Assembly: GCA_048270185.1 (NCBI GenBank)
Contig: JBLWTJ010000001.1
Span: 1-64,000 of the forward strand
Origin: Bacteriovoracaceae bacterium
GTDB lineage: Bacteria; Bdellovibrionota; Bacteriovoracia; Bacteriovoracales; Bacteriovoracaceae
Reading direction: 5' to 3'
Length of the DNA: 64,000 nucleotides
Within the stretch, counting starts at the first letter, position 1. Every line of letters starts with the position of its first letter. The translations under genes and the position numbers were made by a program. Below the pieces are notes generated by a model. It saw only the letters and a list, made by a program, of their open reading frames with translations. It made no database searches and was not told the origin of the DNA. This document shows, one piece after another, positions 1 to 9,786 of the stretch.

Positions 1-100
1 GGCGGGGAAACACCTGATACCATCCCGAACTCAGAAGTTAAGTCCGCTTGCGCCGAAGGTAGTGCCAGGGTAACTTGGTGTGAGACTAGGAAGATGCACC
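1..100 (+). rRNA. rrf: 5S rRNA (5' end truncated by window)
   Basis: Typical 5S motifs ACACCTGATACCATCCCGAACTCAGAAGTTAAG and CGCCGAAGGTAGTG...TGTGAGACTAGG, followed by a terminator. Confidence 0.95.
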
Positions 101-108
101 TTCTATAT

Positions 109-141
109 AAAAAGCCAGATCATTGATCTGGCTTTTTTTTT
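109..141 (+). terminator. Intrinsic terminator of rRNA operon
   Basis: AGCCAGATC-att-GATCTGGCT hairpin followed by T-run. Confidence 0.85.
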
Positions 142-275
142 GTTTGCGTACAATTGCAGGAGCAATTGACGCAATTCAACCCAGTGAGTCCCACGAGGGG
201 ACGAGTGGGATTCCCTGTAAAACTCATTTAACAATAGCTCTTTTTAATTTAAAAGTGGAAACGATACAGTTTCAA

Positions 276-1289
276 TTAAGCTAAAATCGAAGACACCTTC
301 TCAAAAACTTCCTCAACAGTAATGAGATCCATCATTCCATCTTCTTTGACACGGAAGCGCCAAGGGACTTCATTAGGAGTTTTGTGGAAGTAGTGCTCAA
401 GAGCACGTGGATAGGCGTTAACACAGTTTTGTATTTGGCCGTATGGACCAGTATACTCTGGTGGGACGGCCGTATAGAGACCGATAACTGGTGTACCTAA
501 GGCTGCGGCCATATGGGCCGGGCCTGAGTCTGGTGCAATAACTAGTTTTGTATTTAAGAAAACATTCTTAAGTTCATTAAGGGATGTTTTGCCACATAAG
601 TTGATGATCTTTGCTGTTGAATTCTTTTCGATTTCTACACAAATTTCTTTATCACTTGGAATTCCTGTAAGTATGATAGGGATATCATATTTTTGGCCAA
701 CAAGGTTTGCAACTTCGATATAGCGTTCAGTGGCCCAAGTTCTTTGTAATGAAGATGCCTTAGGGTGGATGACAATAAAATCACCTAAAGGTAGCTGGCC
801 GACTTGCTCTTTAATAATTGGAAGATCAAATGTAATTTCATCTGAATTAATTCCTAGGAAATCACTAAAGCCTAAGAAAGCTTCAACTGAGTGCTCTTGC
901 TTGAATGGAATTGATTCATCAATAAAGAATCTTTGAAGATCTCGCCCGCGCTTACTATCGAAGCCAATCTTTCGTTTGGCTTTTATAAAAGGGTAGATGA
1001 AATTAATTCTTAGATTTGCTTGAGCACATAAGAGAATATCAAAGTGATATGGCCTAAAAATGGTTTGAAGTCTGAAGTAATCTTTAAGCTTCTTTGGTTT
1101 ATCTATTCTAATTAGTTCAATTCCTTCCAAGTCCTCAATTAGGGGAGCGAAGGTATTGCTTGTGATATAGTAGATCTTTGCCTGAGGCATGGCCTTGCGA
1201 ATGCGATTGAGCATCGGCAGGGTCCAAATAATATCACCAAGGGCGCTCGTGCGCATAATTGCAATTGATTTTACTTCATTTAAATTCAT
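276..1289 (-). CDS. Glycosyltransferase family 9 (LPS heptosyltransferase, WaaF/WaaC-like)
   Basis: SALGD N-terminal motif and DSGPAHMAAALGTP motif; ATG at 1289 preferred to ORF-track start 1316. Confidence 0.9.
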   Translation of the reverse strand: MNLNEVKSIAIMRTSALGDIIWTLPMLNRIRKAMPQAKIYYITSNTFAPLIEDLEGIELIRIDKPKKLKDYFRLQTIFRPYHFDILLCAQANLRINFIYPFIKAKRKIGFDSKRGRDLQRFFIDESIPFKQEHSVEAFLGFSDFLGINSDEITFDLPIIKEQVGQLPLGDFIVIHPKASSLQRTWATERYIEVANLVGQKYDIPIILTGIPSDKEICVEIEKNSTAKIINLCGKTSLNELKNVFLNTKLVIAPDSGPAHMAAALGTPVIGLYTAVPPEYTGPYGQIQNCVNAYPRALEHYFHKTPNEVPWRFRVKEDGMMDLITVEEVFEKVSSILA

Positions 1290-1314
1290 GTGCTTATTAT
1301 AGAGAAGAAATCTC

Positions 1315-1344
1315 AAAAAGAAAGGCCCACAATAATGTGGGCCC
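1315..1344 (-). terminator. Intrinsic terminator after porin gene
   Basis: GGCCCACA-N4-TGTGGGCC hairpin with T-tract on minus strand. Confidence 0.75.
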
Positions 1345-1370
1345 GAGATTTAGGTATAATTAAATTCTCA

Positions 1371-2420
1371 TTAGAATTTGATTTGGATACCAGCTGCTGC
1401 CATTGTTGCTTCATTCTGAGTACCAGCTGTCTCATCTACATCATAAGTTAGAACAGTTAGATTCATATCTAGGTTCTTCGTGAACATATATTTGTAGTGA
1501 GCTGCAATTTGAGTATACTCATTATTTGCATCTTTCTCATCACGGTTTTGGTAAGTTACAGCAAATACATTCTTGTTAAGAGTGTAAGTGATACCTGCAA
1601 GCATTCTGTTGATTTCTGTCTCAACACTTGCTGCTTCTGTTGTTTCAACACTATAACCTAGGTTGATTTTGAAGTTTGAAAGACCAAGGTTTAGTCCACC
1701 AATCATGTAGTCATTACTATTGTCGCTTCCTGGCTTGTTTTCGAAGTCATAACCACCGTAAACATCAACATCGATCTTATCCATTTTTCTTTGGTAGCGA
1801 ACAAGTGCTGAATAGTGAGTATTTCCATAAGTATTAGCATTTGTCTTAACGTTGCTCATTCCGTTATTACGGTCTGTTGATAGTGCAACAGTTAAACCAC
1901 CCATGCTTGGTGTTTCGTATGAGAATTGATCATTTCTTGCACGATATCTAAAACCTAGTTTAGATTTAGCACCATCAATTCTTGCACTTGTATCTGAACC
2001 TGCCATTGAAGCTACAGTTGAGCTTAGTGGATCTGATTTAAGCATAACAGCATCTAGTGGAGTATAAGTTTGACCCATTTTAATAGTACCAAACTTAGTA
2101 TCAGCGCCTACGGCCGCTTGACGCATTCTAATTCTGTAATCTGTGTCATTAGTTTCATTTGTGTTAGAAGAGTTAAGACCAGCTTCAAGTACGTAAGTAC
2201 CTTTTACTCCTTCAATTTCCCATTTACCTTTTACTCCAAGGCGTGATTCTGAAGAATCAACATCAGTGAAACCTGAGAAAGAAGTTCTTCCTGTTGTGTC
2301 GTTGTCTGTATAAAGAGCAACTCTGTTAAGTTTTCCATAAACTGTTGGCATTTCAACATTGGCCGCCATTACCGGCGTAGCAACAGCTGCGATAGCTGTC
2401 ATAGCTAATAATTTTTTCAT
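1371..2420 (-). CDS. Gram-negative general porin
   Basis: Signal peptide MKKLLA..AA, TVYG start, SRLGVKG motif, C-terminal GIQIKF; probable ATG at 2420. Confidence 0.9.
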   Translation of the reverse strand: MKKLLAMTAIAAVATPVMAANVEMPTVYGKLNRVALYTDNDTTGRTSFSGFTDVDSSESRLGVKGKWEIEGVKGTYVLEAGLNSSNTNETNDTDYRIRMRQAAVGADTKFGTIKMGQTYTPLDAVMLKSDPLSSTVASMAGSDTSARIDGAKSKLGFRYRARNDQFSYETPSMGGLTVALSTDRNNGMSNVKTNANTYGNTHYSALVRYQRKMDKIDVDVYGGYDFENKPGSDNSNDYMIGGLNLGLSNFKINLGYSVETTEAASVETEINRMLAGITYTLNKNVFAVTYQNRDEKDANNEYTQIAAHYKYMFTKNLDMNLTVLTYDVDETAGTQNEATMAAAGIQIKF

Positions 2421-2540
2421 AATTCTCTCCATGAATAAATAATCTTATATAAATATTAAAACTAGGGTTAATTGATCTGGCAAGTTAAATGCCCAGAAAT
2501 ATTATGGTGATTTTGTTAAATTCTCATGATATAAAGCAGC

Positions 2541-3071
2541 ATGATGAAGAAATTAGAGAATATGGTGCTGCTTGGCACAGCTACAAGACCTCATGGGATC
2601 AAGGGTGGGTTTGCCTTTAACCTCGAAAACAAAGAGGATTCAGTCCTTGCAAATAAATCAACATTTCTTGCAATACCTCTTCAGGGAAGTAGTATCGCAA
2701 AAGATGGGCAAGATTTAAAAATTAAATCAATTTCATTTGGAAACAAAGTTATTGTTTATCTTGAAGGTGTTGATGATCGTAATATTACAGAATCAATGCT
2801 CCCATTTGAAATTTACGTCGATCGCAGTATTTTTCCTGAACCAGATGAAGATGAGTTTTATATGACTGATATCGTGGGGCTCGATGTTTACGATTTGGAG
2901 ACTGAAAAAGTCGTTGGTAAAGTTGTAAAGTACTTTGATAATAGTGCGCATATAGTTTTAGTGACAAAAGTTAATGGTAAGAGCGTCGATATTCCTTTTG
3001 TTGATCAATTTGTTAAACTTGTAAACTTAGAAGAGAATCGAGTGGAGTGCTATATTCCACATTTAATGTAA
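2541..3071 (+). CDS. rimM: Ribosome maturation factor RimM
   Basis: PHGIKG, EFYMTDIVGLDV and IPFV motifs; upstream of trmD. Confidence 0.92.
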   Translation: MMKKLENMVLLGTATRPHGIKGGFAFNLENKEDSVLANKSTFLAIPLQGSSIAKDGQDLKIKSISFGNKVIVYLEGVDDRNITESMLPFEIYVDRSIFPEPDEDEFYMTDIVGLDVYDLETEKVVGKVVKYFDNSAHIVLVTKVNGKSVDIPFVDQFVKLVNLEENRVECYIPHLM

Positions 3072-3799
3072 TGAATAAAGTATGGGTCTTAACATTATTT
3101 CCACAGTTCTTTGAAGCTTTCAAAGAGAGTGGAGTTATTGGTAAGTTTCTTGGAAACGAAGTAGACTTTCATCCTCTTTACTTAGGAGATTTTTCACCTA
3201 AAAGTTTTAAAGGAGTTGATGGTGCTCCTTATGGTGGCGGACCTGGAATGGTTATTCGCGCAGATGTTTTAGAAGAGGCCATTAATCATATTCTAAATAG
3301 AGAAAGTCTTTCAAAAGAAGACTTAGAAATTATCTATACATCACCTCGCGGTGAAGTTTTTAATAATGAAGTGGCCAAGTCTTTAGCAAAAGATTTTAGT
3401 GGTGCTAAGAAACAATATGTTTTTATTTGTGGCCGCTATGAAGGAATTGATGAGCGCTTTATTGAACAATATGTAACTCAAATTCTATCCTTAGGTGATT
3501 ATGTTTTGTCTGGTGGTGAGCTTGCTGTTATGACTATTGTTGATGCCATGATGAGATTTTTACCAAAAGCATTAGGTAATAGTGAAAGTGCAATTCAAGA
3601 TTCATTTGAAGATGGATTAATTGAAGGCCCTGTTTATACTAGACCGAGTGAGTTTAATGGCCAAAGTGTCCCAACTGTATTAACAGAAGGTAATCATAAA
3701 CTTATTGATGAATTTAACCATCAAAAGAAAATTGAATATACGAAAAAGTATAGACCTGATCTATACGAAGAATATATGAGGAATAAAAGTGCAAGATAG
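3071..3799 (+). CDS. trmD: tRNA (guanine37-N1)-methyltransferase
   Basis: VLTLFP, PYGGGPGMV, CGRYEGIDER, SLGDYVLSGGE motifs; ATG 3071 overlaps rimM stop. Confidence 0.97.
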   Translation: MNKVWVLTLFPQFFEAFKESGVIGKFLGNEVDFHPLYLGDFSPKSFKGVDGAPYGGGPGMVIRADVLEEAINHILNRESLSKEDLEIIYTSPRGEVFNNEVAKSLAKDFSGAKKQYVFICGRYEGIDERFIEQYVTQILSLGDYVLSGGELAVMTIVDAMMRFLPKALGNSESAIQDSFEDGLIEGPVYTRPSEFNGQSVPTVLTEGNHKLIDEFNHQKKIEYTKKYRPDLYEEYMRNKSAR

Positions 3800-4370
3800 A
3801 ATTTACCTGGGGTTAGTTCACCACCCAATCAAGAACAAGAGAGGAGATATCGTAACGACATCTGTTACGAATCTTGATATTCACGATATTGCTAGAAGTT
3901 GTCGAACTTTTGGTATGCAAAACTATTTCATTGTGACGCCACTTGAGGCCCAACATAAATTAGTGAATCGTATTCTTGGTCACTGGGAAGAAGATGATGC
4001 TGGAGTTTATAATCCAGATCGTCAGGATGCCCTTGCTATTGCGCGCGTAATTAATTCTGTTGAAGATGGGATTAATAAAATCAAAGAGATAGAAGGTGTT
4101 GAGCCACTTGTCTGTGTGACGGGGGCCAATTTTGAGTCAAATAATGGTGTAGAAACTGACCTGATTAGGAATGCGCGCCTTGACAAAAAGCCTATCTTCT
4201 TGTTATTTGGTACTGGATGGGGACTCCATGCACATGTACTCGAACGGGCCCATTTTGCGCTTGAGCCAATTTTTGGTGGAAGTGCAGATGGATATAATCA
4301 TTTGTCTGTTCGCTCGGCCGTAGCCATTTATTTGGACCGTCTGAATAGTGCCTCTGAGTCCATGAAATAA
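3789..4370 (+). CDS. SPOUT-class RNA methyltransferase (family often fused to the TrmD C-terminus)
   Basis: LVHHP, TNLDIHDIARS, FGTGWGL, YNHLSVRSA motifs. Confidence 0.85.
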   Translation: MQDRIYLGLVHHPIKNKRGDIVTTSVTNLDIHDIARSCRTFGMQNYFIVTPLEAQHKLVNRILGHWEEDDAGVYNPDRQDALAIARVINSVEDGINKIKEIEGVEPLVCVTGANFESNNGVETDLIRNARLDKKPIFLLFGTGWGLHAHVLERAHFALEPIFGGSADGYNHLSVRSAVAIYLDRLNSASESMK

Positions 4371-4434
4371 GGTTTACTTAAGAACAACATAGTGTTGGTC
4401 CTCTGAGAAACCCAATAGATGTTAGGAGTTCGTA

Positions 4435-4797
4435 ATGAATTTAGTAGACATTGTTAATGAAAATTACAAGAACGCAAACGTAGAGTCTTTCCCAACTTTT
4501 AAAACTGGGGATACTGTTGCTGTTCACGCAAGAATTACTGAAGGTCAAAAATCTCGTATTCAGGTTTTCCAAGGTGTAGTTATTGCAATGAAAGAAGCTG
4601 GTAAACTTTCTGGTCACTTTAGAGTTAGAAAGATGTCTTCTGGAATTGGTGTTGAAAGGGTATTCCCATTTCACTCACCAAACGTAGAAAAGATTGAGAT
4701 CGTTCAAAGAGGTAAATCTAGAAGATCTAAACTTTACTACCTTAGAGATCGTTCAGGTAAGTCTGCACGTATCGCAATTGACTACGATAGAAAGTAA
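4435..4797 (+). CDS. rplS: 50S ribosomal protein L19
   Basis: [43 protein letters not shown]. Confidence 0.98.
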   Translation: MNLVDIVNENYKNANVESFPTFKTGDTVAVHARITEGQKSRIQVFQGVVIAMKEAGKLSGHFRVRKMSSGIGVERVFPFHSPNVEKIEIVQRGKSRRSKLYYLRDRSGKSARIAIDYDRK

Positions 4798-4822
4798 TTT
4801 TAAAAACTATTTAAGTCATAAA

Positions 4823-4852
4823 GGGGCCCGCTTATTAAGTGGGCCTTCTTTT
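4823..4852 (+). terminator. Intrinsic terminator after rplS
   Basis: GGCCCGCTTA-t-TAAGTGGGCC hairpin plus TTCTTTT. Confidence 0.75.
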
Positions 4853-4881
4853 ATCTATTGTATCTAAAGATCTAGAGTCGT

Positions 4882-5541
4882 ATGTTTGAAAAACAATTTA
4901 TAAAAAAGCATTCTCATATTATCGCAACTGATGAGGTTGGACGTGGACCTCTTGCTGGTCCTGTTGTTACGGCGGCCGTAAAAGTTGACGTAAGAAACCT
5001 TGATAGACTTTATATACTTTTAAAGAAAATTGGCGTTACTGATTCAAAAAAATTAAGTCTAAAAAAAATGGAATTAATTTTAAAAGAATTAGAAATTGAA
5101 ACTTTCAAGAAGAATAATCACAAAGAGCTCTTTAGCTATAGTGTCGAAAAAGTTACTCCAGCAAAAATTGATGAGCTTAATATATTTCAAGCAAGTCTTC
5201 TCGGAATGAAGAAGTCATGCCATAATTTAAATGTTAGTGAAAGTGTCGTACTCGTTGATGGAAAATTTCCTTTTATTTCTAAGAAGGTTTCAGATATTCA
5301 CCCTGTGATTAAAGGTGATAGTAAATCATCGTTAATAGGTCTTGCTTCCATCATTGCAAAAGTATATCGAGATCGACTAATGATTAAGGCCGCAAAAATT
5401 TATCCTCATTACGGATTTGAAAAAAATGCTGGTTATCCAACGGCCGTCCATCGTAAGGCCATTGAAGTTCATGGTATCACCCCAATTCATCGCAAATCTT
5501 TCAAAGGGGTAAGAGAATATGTCCAAGGCCAAACAATTTAA
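4882..5541 (+). CDS. rnhB: Ribonuclease HII
   Basis: DEVGRGPLAGPV, DSKKL, IKGD, ASIIAKV, HRKSF motifs. Confidence 0.96.
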   Translation: MFEKQFIKKHSHIIATDEVGRGPLAGPVVTAAVKVDVRNLDRLYILLKKIGVTDSKKLSLKKMELILKELEIETFKKNNHKELFSYSVEKVTPAKIDELNIFQASLLGMKKSCHNLNVSESVVLVDGKFPFISKKVSDIHPVIKGDSKSSLIGLASIIAKVYRDRLMIKAAKIYPHYGFEKNAGYPTAVHRKAIEVHGITPIHRKSFKGVREYVQGQTI

Positions 5542-5806
5542 AGGTAAGAGCTTAGAACTAAAAAAATCCATCCAAATACATGGAGAGTCTATTCCAATTC
5601 TTATCTGTCCCACAATGCTAAGAAGAATTGGCTGTGGTCAGGTTGATATTTGTGGCATCTATAAATTAAATTCTGAATTTGTTATCAAAATATTTGAAGT
5701 TAAATCGGCCGGTGTTGTGACTCGTGCTCAACATCAAAGACTTTATCAAAGTGCAAATTTCGTTTCTCAATTCTTTAATTTATCATGCATAGTGTCGTTA
5801 ATATGA
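5519..5806 (+). CDS. Divergent YraN-like PD-(D/E)XK nuclease-fold protein
   Basis: GQVDI...FEVKS motif and position directly after rnhB, where yraN commonly lies. Confidence 0.55.
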   Translation: MSKAKQFKGKSLELKKSIQIHGESIPILICPTMLRRIGCGQVDICGIYKLNSEFVIKIFEVKSAGVVTRAQHQRLYQSANFVSQFFNLSCIVSLI

Positions 5807-6321
5807 ATAATAATTACCTTGCATCAAACAAGGCCATCTTTTACAATTTTCATATGATTAAAAAAATATTCTTAATTACACTACTTATTTCAACTACTTT
5901 TACTAGCTTTCAGGCTAAGGCCGACATGGATCCACGTGTTAAAATTGTGGCCTTAAATGCAGGATATGGAACCGTTGGTGGGGCCTTACTTGGTACTGCT
6001 GCTATGGCATTTGGTTCTTCAACTCGCTCAGTTGCAATTGGTGCTTCTTTAGGATTATACCTTGGATTAATTTTTGGTGGCTATATTGTCGGCTCTCACG
6101 AGTATCGTAAACAACAAATGCAAAGACCAGGTGGCCAAGAGAATTACTATTATCCAGATACTAATGATAGTCCTTATCAGGATTCATATAATCAAAATGG
6201 TGGTGGCTATAATTATCAAGGATCAATTGAGGAGAGTCTAAAAGGCCCTGCTGAGATTGGTTTTAAGCAACCCAAGCAAGGCCAAGATATTTACGTTAAT
6301 CTACTAAATTATCAGTTTTGA
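5785..6321 (+). CDS. Hypothetical membrane/secreted protein with glycine zipper
   Basis: Signal-like segment from internal Met (5854), GTVGGALLG / GASLGLYLG helices. Confidence 0.65.
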   Translation: MHSVVNMNNNYLASNKAIFYNFHMIKKIFLITLLISTTFTSFQAKADMDPRVKIVALNAGYGTVGGALLGTAAMAFGSSTRSVAIGASLGLYLGLIFGGYIVGSHEYRKQQMQRPGGQENYYYPDTNDSPYQDSYNQNGGGYNYQGSIEESLKGPAEIGFKQPKQGQDIYVNLLNYQF

Positions 6322-6695
6322 AAAGTGCGCTTTCTTTGACCATAGAATTGAGATAGTTCTGTTTCGTCTGTCTCAAATTCGTTGATTAGAATTTCCATTG
6401 CATCAAAATTATAAAGTTTGAATACTTTCATAAACTCCGGTGCTACATTCGAAAGCCTAACCTGGTCACGTCTCTTGTTAAGACTTTTAATTGTATCAAC
6501 AAAAATCCCAATTCCAGATGAACCGACAAAGTTTAGGGCCGTCAGATCTAGCGTAATAAGTGAAGTAGGGTGACTTGTTGTTATTGTCGCTAGTTCTTGT
6601 TTTAGAGGAATGATATTTTCATAATCCATTCCACCTTCAATATGAACTGTAATATTACCTGTTGAATCTGTGCGTACTCTTGCTTGCATTGCCAT
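6312..6695 (-). CDS. STAS-domain protein (anti-sigma factor antagonist)
   Basis: LDLTALNFVGSSGIG motif; GGAG RBS before ATG 6695. Confidence 0.88.
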   Translation of the reverse strand: MAMQARVRTDSTGNITVHIEGGMDYENIIPLKQELATITTSHPTSLITLDLTALNFVGSSGIGIFVDTIKSLNKRRDQVRLSNVAPEFMKVFKLYNFDAMEILINEFETDETELSQFYGQRKRTFQN

Positions 6696-6827
6696 TAAAA
6701 CTCCTTCTTCCATCAAAAAAACAGCATCTATATTGATTGTATCGCATAGCGTTAGAATATTTTAGATGGAAGTTATTTCTCTAATGCGTTATAAACTAAG
6801 GTAATTACAAGTAGAAAAGGATCAACT

Positions 6828-7646
6828 TTGAAATTAACACTCGTATCTACACCAATAGGTAACCTTGGGGATGTATCCGATAATATGCGTCAGGCATTTT
6901 CTGAATGTGATCTCGTTCTTGCTGAAGATACAAGAGTTTTTCGATCTCTATTAAGTAAACTTGAAATTTCCAGAGAATCACTAAAGGTGATTTCATTCAA
7001 TGACCACTCACAAGATAATTTGAAATACTATATCGATCAGATTAAAAACTCTCGCTTACCAATTCTCGTTTCAGATGCTGGTAGTCCGATTGTGTCAGAT
7101 CCTGGGCATATTCTTGTAAAAGAGCTACTTGCTCTCGGTGGTGAAGTAACTTCTATTGCTGGGCCTAGTGCTGTAACTGTCGCTCTTGAATTAAGTGGTA
7201 TGGCCCCTAATCCATATTGTTTCTTTGGATTTCTTCCTCGTAAAAAGGGAGAGATTAGTGCGAAGTTTTCAATGGCCGCAAACTCTGGTGCAACTTCATT
7301 ATTCTTTGAATCACCACATCGAATTCACGCAACTTTAACTCAACTTTGTGAAGAATATCCTCACGCTCATATTTGTGTTTGTCGTGAATTAACCAAGAAG
7401 TTTGAGGAGTGCGTGCGCTTTATTGCAAGTGACTATAGCGATGAACTTATCAAGGCTAAAGGTGAGTTTGTCATTGTAATTGAGTGGCCAAAAATTCCAT
7501 CGCAAACAGGTGCTGATAATAAAGAATTACAAGACTTGGCCAATAATTATCTAAAGAAGCAAAGTCCGAAGAATCTTGCAAAGCTTCTATCTAAGCTTGT
7601 TGGGAGCAAGACTCAAGATATTTATGACCAACTAACCTCTAAGTAG
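6828..7646 (+). CDS. rsmI: 16S rRNA (cytidine1402-2'-O)-methyltransferase
   Basis: STPIGNLGD, AEDTR, VSDAGSPIVSDPG, FESPHR, RELTKKFEE. Confidence 0.95.
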   Translation: MKLTLVSTPIGNLGDVSDNMRQAFSECDLVLAEDTRVFRSLLSKLEISRESLKVISFNDHSQDNLKYYIDQIKNSRLPILVSDAGSPIVSDPGHILVKELLALGGEVTSIAGPSAVTVALELSGMAPNPYCFFGFLPRKKGEISAKFSMAANSGATSLFFESPHRIHATLTQLCEEYPHAHICVCRELTKKFEECVRFIASDYSDELIKAKGEFVIVIEWPKIPSQTGADNKELQDLANNYLKKQSPKNLAKLLSKLVGSKTQDIYDQLTSK

Positions 7647-7726
7647 GCTAATTTATTCAATTTATAGTCTGATTAATTGTAGTAAAAAATCTAATTCCAA
7701 GTTAAAATAAATTAAATGGAGTTAGA

Positions 7727-8494
7727 ATGATTGTTAAAATCGTTGGGGGACACGGTGGTGTATCTCCTGGTTGTAGGGCAACGTCCTATTTAATTGATGA
7801 TAAATTACTAATTGATGCAGGTTCAATCGCTTCTGGTGTAAGTGTTAAAGAGCAAACCGCAATTGATAATATTTTAATTTCTCACTCTCATTTAGATCAT
7901 ATTTCAGATTTAGCTTTTCTAGCAGATAATTGTTTTGGCCTTAAAGATGCTCCTTTTCATATATGGGCCAATGAAGTTGTAGAAAAAAATGTAATGGCCC
8001 ATCTGTTAAATGATGAAATCTGGCCTGATTTTACGAAGCTTCCAGATTGTAAAAATCCAACTCTTAAATTTAATAATATCGAAAGTGGTCAAACAAAAGA
8101 AATTGGTGGTTATAAAGTACATGCTATTAAGGTCAATCACTTTGCTGGCTCACTTGGTTTTATTATTGAAAAAGATGGAAAATCGATTGTGTTTACTCAA
8201 GATACGGGTCCAACTGAAGAGATTTGGAAAAAGGCCTGTGAGCTAGGCAATGTTGTTGGAATCTTTTGTGAGGTTAGTTTTCCTAATGATATGGAAAAAC
8301 TTGCAATGGATAGTCGCCATCACACGGCCAATACCATTAGTGAGGAACTTTCAAAAATGCCTAAAGATGTTCCTGTATACCTTGGACACTTAAAGCCCAA
8401 TTACTTGGATCAACTAAGAAATGAAATTGAGGCAGTTAATACTGATGGTAGACTAAATATTTTGTGTTCTAAGAATTTAACAATAGAATTCTAA
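7727..8494 (+). CDS. Metallo-beta-lactamase-fold hydrolase, class II cyclic-nucleotide phosphodiesterase-like
   Basis: LLIDAG, SHSHLDH, NDEIWPDF, EVSFPN, HLKP motifs. Confidence 0.8.
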   Translation: MIVKIVGGHGGVSPGCRATSYLIDDKLLIDAGSIASGVSVKEQTAIDNILISHSHLDHISDLAFLADNCFGLKDAPFHIWANEVVEKNVMAHLLNDEIWPDFTKLPDCKNPTLKFNNIESGQTKEIGGYKVHAIKVNHFAGSLGFIIEKDGKSIVFTQDTGPTEEIWKKACELGNVVGIFCEVSFPNDMEKLAMDSRHHTANTISEELSKMPKDVPVYLGHLKPNYLDQLRNEIEAVNTDGRLNILCSKNLTIEF

Positions 8495-8535
8495 TTTCTG
8501 TGGAAAAAAATCTATTTTCGTGAGATATCTCCTGC

Positions 8536-9786
8536 GTGAAAAATAACTCTCTTGAAATTACTTTCCTTAATCGACTTGTCGCTCTATGCGGTAAGGAAAA
8601 CTTTCGTCCTAAATTAGATCATATTAGAGATTATCTTGCTGAGGATCGAAGAGCTATTGAATCGCAATCTAAAGTTATTATCGTTGGCGGAACTAATGGA
8701 AAGGGAGAGACTTGTCATAGTTTGAATTTCTTATTCAATCTCAATAAAAAATCAAATTGTCTTTGGACTTCGCCACATGTCTTATCGATTACGGAGAGAT
8801 TTAAATTAAACGAAACCAATATTTCAATTGAAGAGCTGACACAGTTACTAGATCTCTATGAAGACGATATTAAGAGTTTAGGGCTTTCTTTTTACGAAGC
8901 CTTATTCGTCCTTTTTATTAAATATGCTAGGGCCTCAAAAGTAGAATATATCATATTAGAAGTGGGCCTTGGTGGTCGATTTGATGCTACAAATATCTTC
9001 TCAAGGCCAATTGCTGCTATAACCTCAATTGGATTAGATCATACGCAAATTCTGGGTTCAACTCTTAAAGAAATCTTGTTTGAGAAGTATGGTATCTCTC
9101 GTATCAATGGCCAATTATTTTCAAATATCGAGCAACAATTTCTTTGTGATATTCTTCAGAATTGGTGTGATCGGGATTTTGTTGACTTAAAAACAGTAAG
9201 CACAAAAGAGACAGCAATTTATTATGAGAGAAACCGACAAATGGCCAAGGCCCTCTACGAGAAGGCCACAGGAGTTAATGTCGATATTTCAAATTTATCG
9301 TGGCCTGTGACACTTGGACGACGCGATGAAATGCAAGCTGGTCGATATAAGTTTTTATTTGTTGGAGCACATAATCAATTAGGACATAAAGAGCTTCTTA
9401 AAAGTTTAAATGATTGTAATGCAAGTGAAACATATGATGTACTTATAAGCTTTTCAACTGGGCGTGAAGATCAGATTGGCACGACTTTAAAGCTTTATAA
9501 GTCATATCCCTGTATTATTAAGTCGACTAATGTACTATGTTTTGATCACGAAAGAGCGATGTCAAAATATGAGATCGAACAAAATCTCAACACACGAACA
9601 AATGTATATCAAATGCATAAATTTCTCGATACAATATTAAGTACTAATGACAAAATTGAAGATAATAAAGATAGTAAATATATTAGAGATATTGATGCCG
9701 TTCTCAAGGCCGACAAAATACTTGTCGTTGGCTCTTACTATTTTATTGCTAACGTTCAAAAGTATCTTCTTTCTTTATCTAAATAG
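8536..9786 (+). CDS. folC: Folylpolyglutamate/dihydrofolate synthase
   Basis: GTNGKG, TSPH, EVGLGGRFDATN, TSIGLDH motifs; divergent C-terminus. Confidence 0.88.
   Translation: MKNNSLEITFLNRLVALCGKENFRPKLDHIRDYLAEDRRAIESQSKVIIVGGTNGKGETCHSLNFLFNLNKKSNCLWTSPHVLSITERFKLNETNISIEELTQLLDLYEDDIKSLGLSFYEALFVLFIKYARASKVEYIILEVGLGGRFDATNIFSRPIAAITSIGLDHTQILGSTLKEILFEKYGISRINGQLFSNIEQQFLCDILQNWCDRDFVDLKTVSTKETAIYYERNRQMAKALYEKATGVNVDISNLSWPVTLGRRDEMQAGRYKFLFVGAHNQLGHKELLKSLNDCNASETYDVLISFSTGREDQIGTTLKLYKSYPCIIKSTNVLCFDHERAMSKYEIEQNLNTRTNVYQMHKFLDTILSTNDKIEDNKDSKYIRDIDAVLKADKILVVGSYYFIANVQKYLLSLSK

Noticed and set aside
2477..2492. sigma54-like TGGCAAGTTAAATGCC upstream of rimM
   Set aside because: -12 element is ATGC rather than TTGC, and the same bases fit a sigma70 -35 (TTGCCA) for the divergent porin
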